This document shows, piece after piece, positions 62,283 through 64,000 of a DNA stretch of 64,000 nt. The stretch lies in contig JAFGSN010000007.1 of NCBI GenBank assembly GCA_016934575.1, positions 528 to 64,527 of the forward strand, written 5' to 3'. Under the pieces are notes generated by a model, which saw nothing but the letters and a program-made list of their open reading frames with translations, was not told where the DNA came from and did not search any database. How positions within the stretch are numbered: the first letter of the stretch is position 1; every line of letters starts with the position of its first letter. The translations under genes were made by a program, and so were the position numbers. The stretch comes from Vicinamibacteria bacterium. Lineage in GTDB: Bacteria; Acidobacteriota; Vicinamibacteria; Fen-336.

Positions 62283-62549
62283 CTAGTCAATCGGCCGGCC
62301 GTAGCGGCCGGACGGCGACTCCGACTGTCCCGCGAAAGCTCGCGCGGGTTCTCTATCGGCGTCAGCAATCACCTGCGCGACGGAAAGGGGCGATCGCATG
62401 AATGCCGCAAGCAAGGTCCACAACACGAAGAAACCCAGCACGCTCATCAACGCGAGACCGGCCCCGGAGAGCGTTGCGGGAGAGAAGACGACCCAGACGA
62501 CCGACATCACAGCCGTCCACGCTAGAACGCCCGTCCATTTTTTCGACAT
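62283..62549 (-). CDS. small two-TM membrane protein, 20 nt upstream of groES
   Basis: 88 aa. Two hydrophobic helices ([16 protein letters not shown] and [20 protein letters not shown]) and G/C-rich third codon positions. There is no recognisable family. Confidence 0.4.
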   Translation of the reverse strand: MSKKWTGVLAWTAVMSVVWVVFSPATLSGAGLALMSVLGFFVLWTLLAAFMRSPLSVAQVIADADREPARAFAGQSESPSGRYGRPID

Positions 62550-62752
62550 GAGATCCCGTTCCCTTTCTCGGCCTGCCGGGCGCCGTCTTCATCTATATGC
62601 TTTGTCGAAGTTCCTGTGGTCGCATTTGCCGGAACCCCCCGTCGCTCTCAACTGTAAGCGAATCGCCGGCCAACGACTAATTCATTGTTTTCGAGTGAAC
62701 CATAGGCGTCGCCAGCGTTGATCGTTGGGCGTCTCGACGCCGGATACCAGCA

Positions 62753-63064
62753 TCAATCCCCCCCGACCTTTCCGTCGAGAAGCGCTCGCTTGACGCGCTC
62801 TCCGAGCCGCGTTATGGCCCGATCGACGGCCGTGCGTTCATTGATGGTCTCGATCGTAACGCTGTCAAGAAGCTTGAGACGGGCTTTCATGCGGCAGCGT
62901 TTATCAACGCCGCCCAGGGTGTTTGCCGCGTTCGATAGACGCACCGTCACATGTTCGATCCGCGCGCCGAAGCGTCCAAGGGCGAACCGCAGGCGCCGGA
63001 CCACCCTCCTGCGAAATGCAGCGCTCGTCTTGAGACCCGTCACGCCGACGTCAATCTTCATCAT
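62753..63064 (-). CDS. HPF/RaiA-like ribosome-associated protein (short form)
   Basis: 103 aa. KIDVGVTGLKTSAAFRRRVVRRLRFALGRFGARIEHVTVRL...AVDRAITRLGERVKRAL follows the beta-alpha-beta-beta-beta-alpha pattern of HPF/RaiA. The call is tentative. Confidence 0.5.
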   Translation of the reverse strand: MMKIDVGVTGLKTSAAFRRRVVRRLRFALGRFGARIEHVTVRLSNAANTLGGVDKRCRMKARLKLLDSVTIETINERTAVDRAITRLGERVKRALLDGKVGGD

Positions 63065-63250
63065 TCAACCGGCGTCATGCCGAAGCTTCCTTCTTGTCGC
63101 ACTCTAGGCGAGCGATGCGGAGATGACTAATTGAAATACTTCATAAGATCCATAGAGGCCGCCGGGAGCATCGCCACGGCATGGAGCCGCCGATAAAGGA
63201 AGCCCAATCAATCGGCCGTTGCGAAATGAGCGCGGCGACTTTTCGCCCGA

Positions 63251-63308
63251 CTTGAGACATCCCCGGCTTGACCGTATCGCTTCCCGGCGCTTGACGTATT
63301 GTCCCGGG
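63251..63308 (+). repeat. three tandem CTTGA...CCCGG units in a ~400-bp divergent intergenic region
   Basis: The units are CTTGAGACATCCCCGG (63251-66), CTTGACCGTATCGCTTCCCGG (63267-87) and CTTGACGTATTGTCCCGGG (63290-308). Two ATGGATCC copies follow at 63322 and 63350. Confidence 0.35.
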
Positions 63309-63468
63309 CTCCGTTCTCTTCATGGATCCAGCATCCATCACCGCAGCCTATGGATCCGACCGTGACAATGAATTGGATTGTCGAAAAACGAGCGAGTATT
63401 TTTATACAGAGGGCGGGCATGCAGGGCCGTATCCATGAATGCGGACAACGAAGGGACCGGGAGGGCGC

Positions 63469-63795
63469 ATGATCCATATGAGAGTCGAGTACGTCGGCTT
63501 TTCCTCCGACGACTTGGTCCGCGCCTACAATCTCCGCGTGATGCTGATCAGCGGAGAGGTTCACTCCTTTATTCTTCTGATCCCCAACGACGCTTTTCTC
63601 TCCCATCGCATCCGTTACCAGGACGGGCCGGAGGTCTGCTATATGAGATTGCAGCGGGACCTCATCGCCTGCGGCAAACAGATGCCGCCGGGCCGGCAAA
63701 CCATCACCGACGACGACATGGAGCTGTATCGCGCGGCCCATGCTCCGAAACCGCCCAAACGGCGCCCGCCGATGAGCAGGAGTCTCCCCGCCTGA
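63469..63795 (+). CDS. hypothetical protein
   Basis: The ATG at 63469 lies 5 nt after GGAGG. The product MIHMRVEYVGFSSDDLVRAYNLRVMLISGEVHSF... is 108 aa with a basic Pro-rich tail. No family was recognised. The ORF opens at 63439. Confidence 0.35.
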   Translation: MIHMRVEYVGFSSDDLVRAYNLRVMLISGEVHSFILLIPNDAFLSHRIRYQDGPEVCYMRLQRDLIACGKQMPPGRQTITDDDMELYRAAHAPKPPKRRPPMSRSLPA

Positions 63796-64000
63796 TCGGG
63801 CTTTCGTTCCGAATGCGGTTGATTCGCCGAACGGGGCGGGACGGCCCGGTTACGGCGGACCGGCGGCCGCATGCATCACCGTCCACGTATCATGGCCGGC
63901 GAGAGCGTCTGCGTCGAATGCGTTCGGACTACTTGATATCCCGATGGTAACTTTGCAGCGATCGGACTTCGGCGCGGCCCTGTCGATGCTCGGCAATGCC

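Overview
High-GC, densely packed bacterial chromosomal segment. The organism is probably diderm, because a FadL-type outer-membrane protein and ArnT-like glycosyltransferases are present. I cannot assign a lineage without a database search. I support about 55 protein-coding genes. I saw no rRNA, tRNA, CRISPR array, transposase or integrase.

Housekeeping genes recognised directly from the translations:
- rho, fhs, tyrA, rlmN, greA, fabZ
- an argB-argG-argJ-argH block
- a cold-shock gene and groES-groEL

The rest is dominated by signalling and envelope genes:
- a 2009-aa Ser/Thr-kinase + NTPase + GAF + histidine-kinase + receiver protein, translationally coupled to a hybrid histidine kinase
- an ECF sigma/anti-sigma pair
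- a second Ser/Thr kinase
- two DUF4388 (PATAN-like) proteins
- PilZ proteins, CheW and CheB
- DivIVA and two GT-C glycosyltransferases

Observations most worth follow-up:
1. An MglA-type small GTPase fused to a histidine-kinase-like module. The phospho-His, N-box Asn and G1 Asp appear to be lost (42095-43612).
2. A near-consensus promoter, a leaderless 26-codon uORF and an intrinsic-terminator hairpin, all lying between cheW and argB (54792-55032). This is a candidate attenuator or sRNA in front of the arginine operon.
3. A same-strand module of di-PilZ, CheB, degenerate EAL and CheW, with no CheA, CheR or MCP in view (55108-58511).
4. A 56-nt diverged copy of the fhs 3' end on the far side of a single Ca/Na-antiporter gene. 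This suggests cassette insertion into the end of fhs.
5. An ECF sigma gene whose conserved region 2 lies upstream of the only canonical start codon, implying a CTG start.

All calls come from reading the sequence and the ORF track by eye. No searches or computations were run. Start codons are best estimates.
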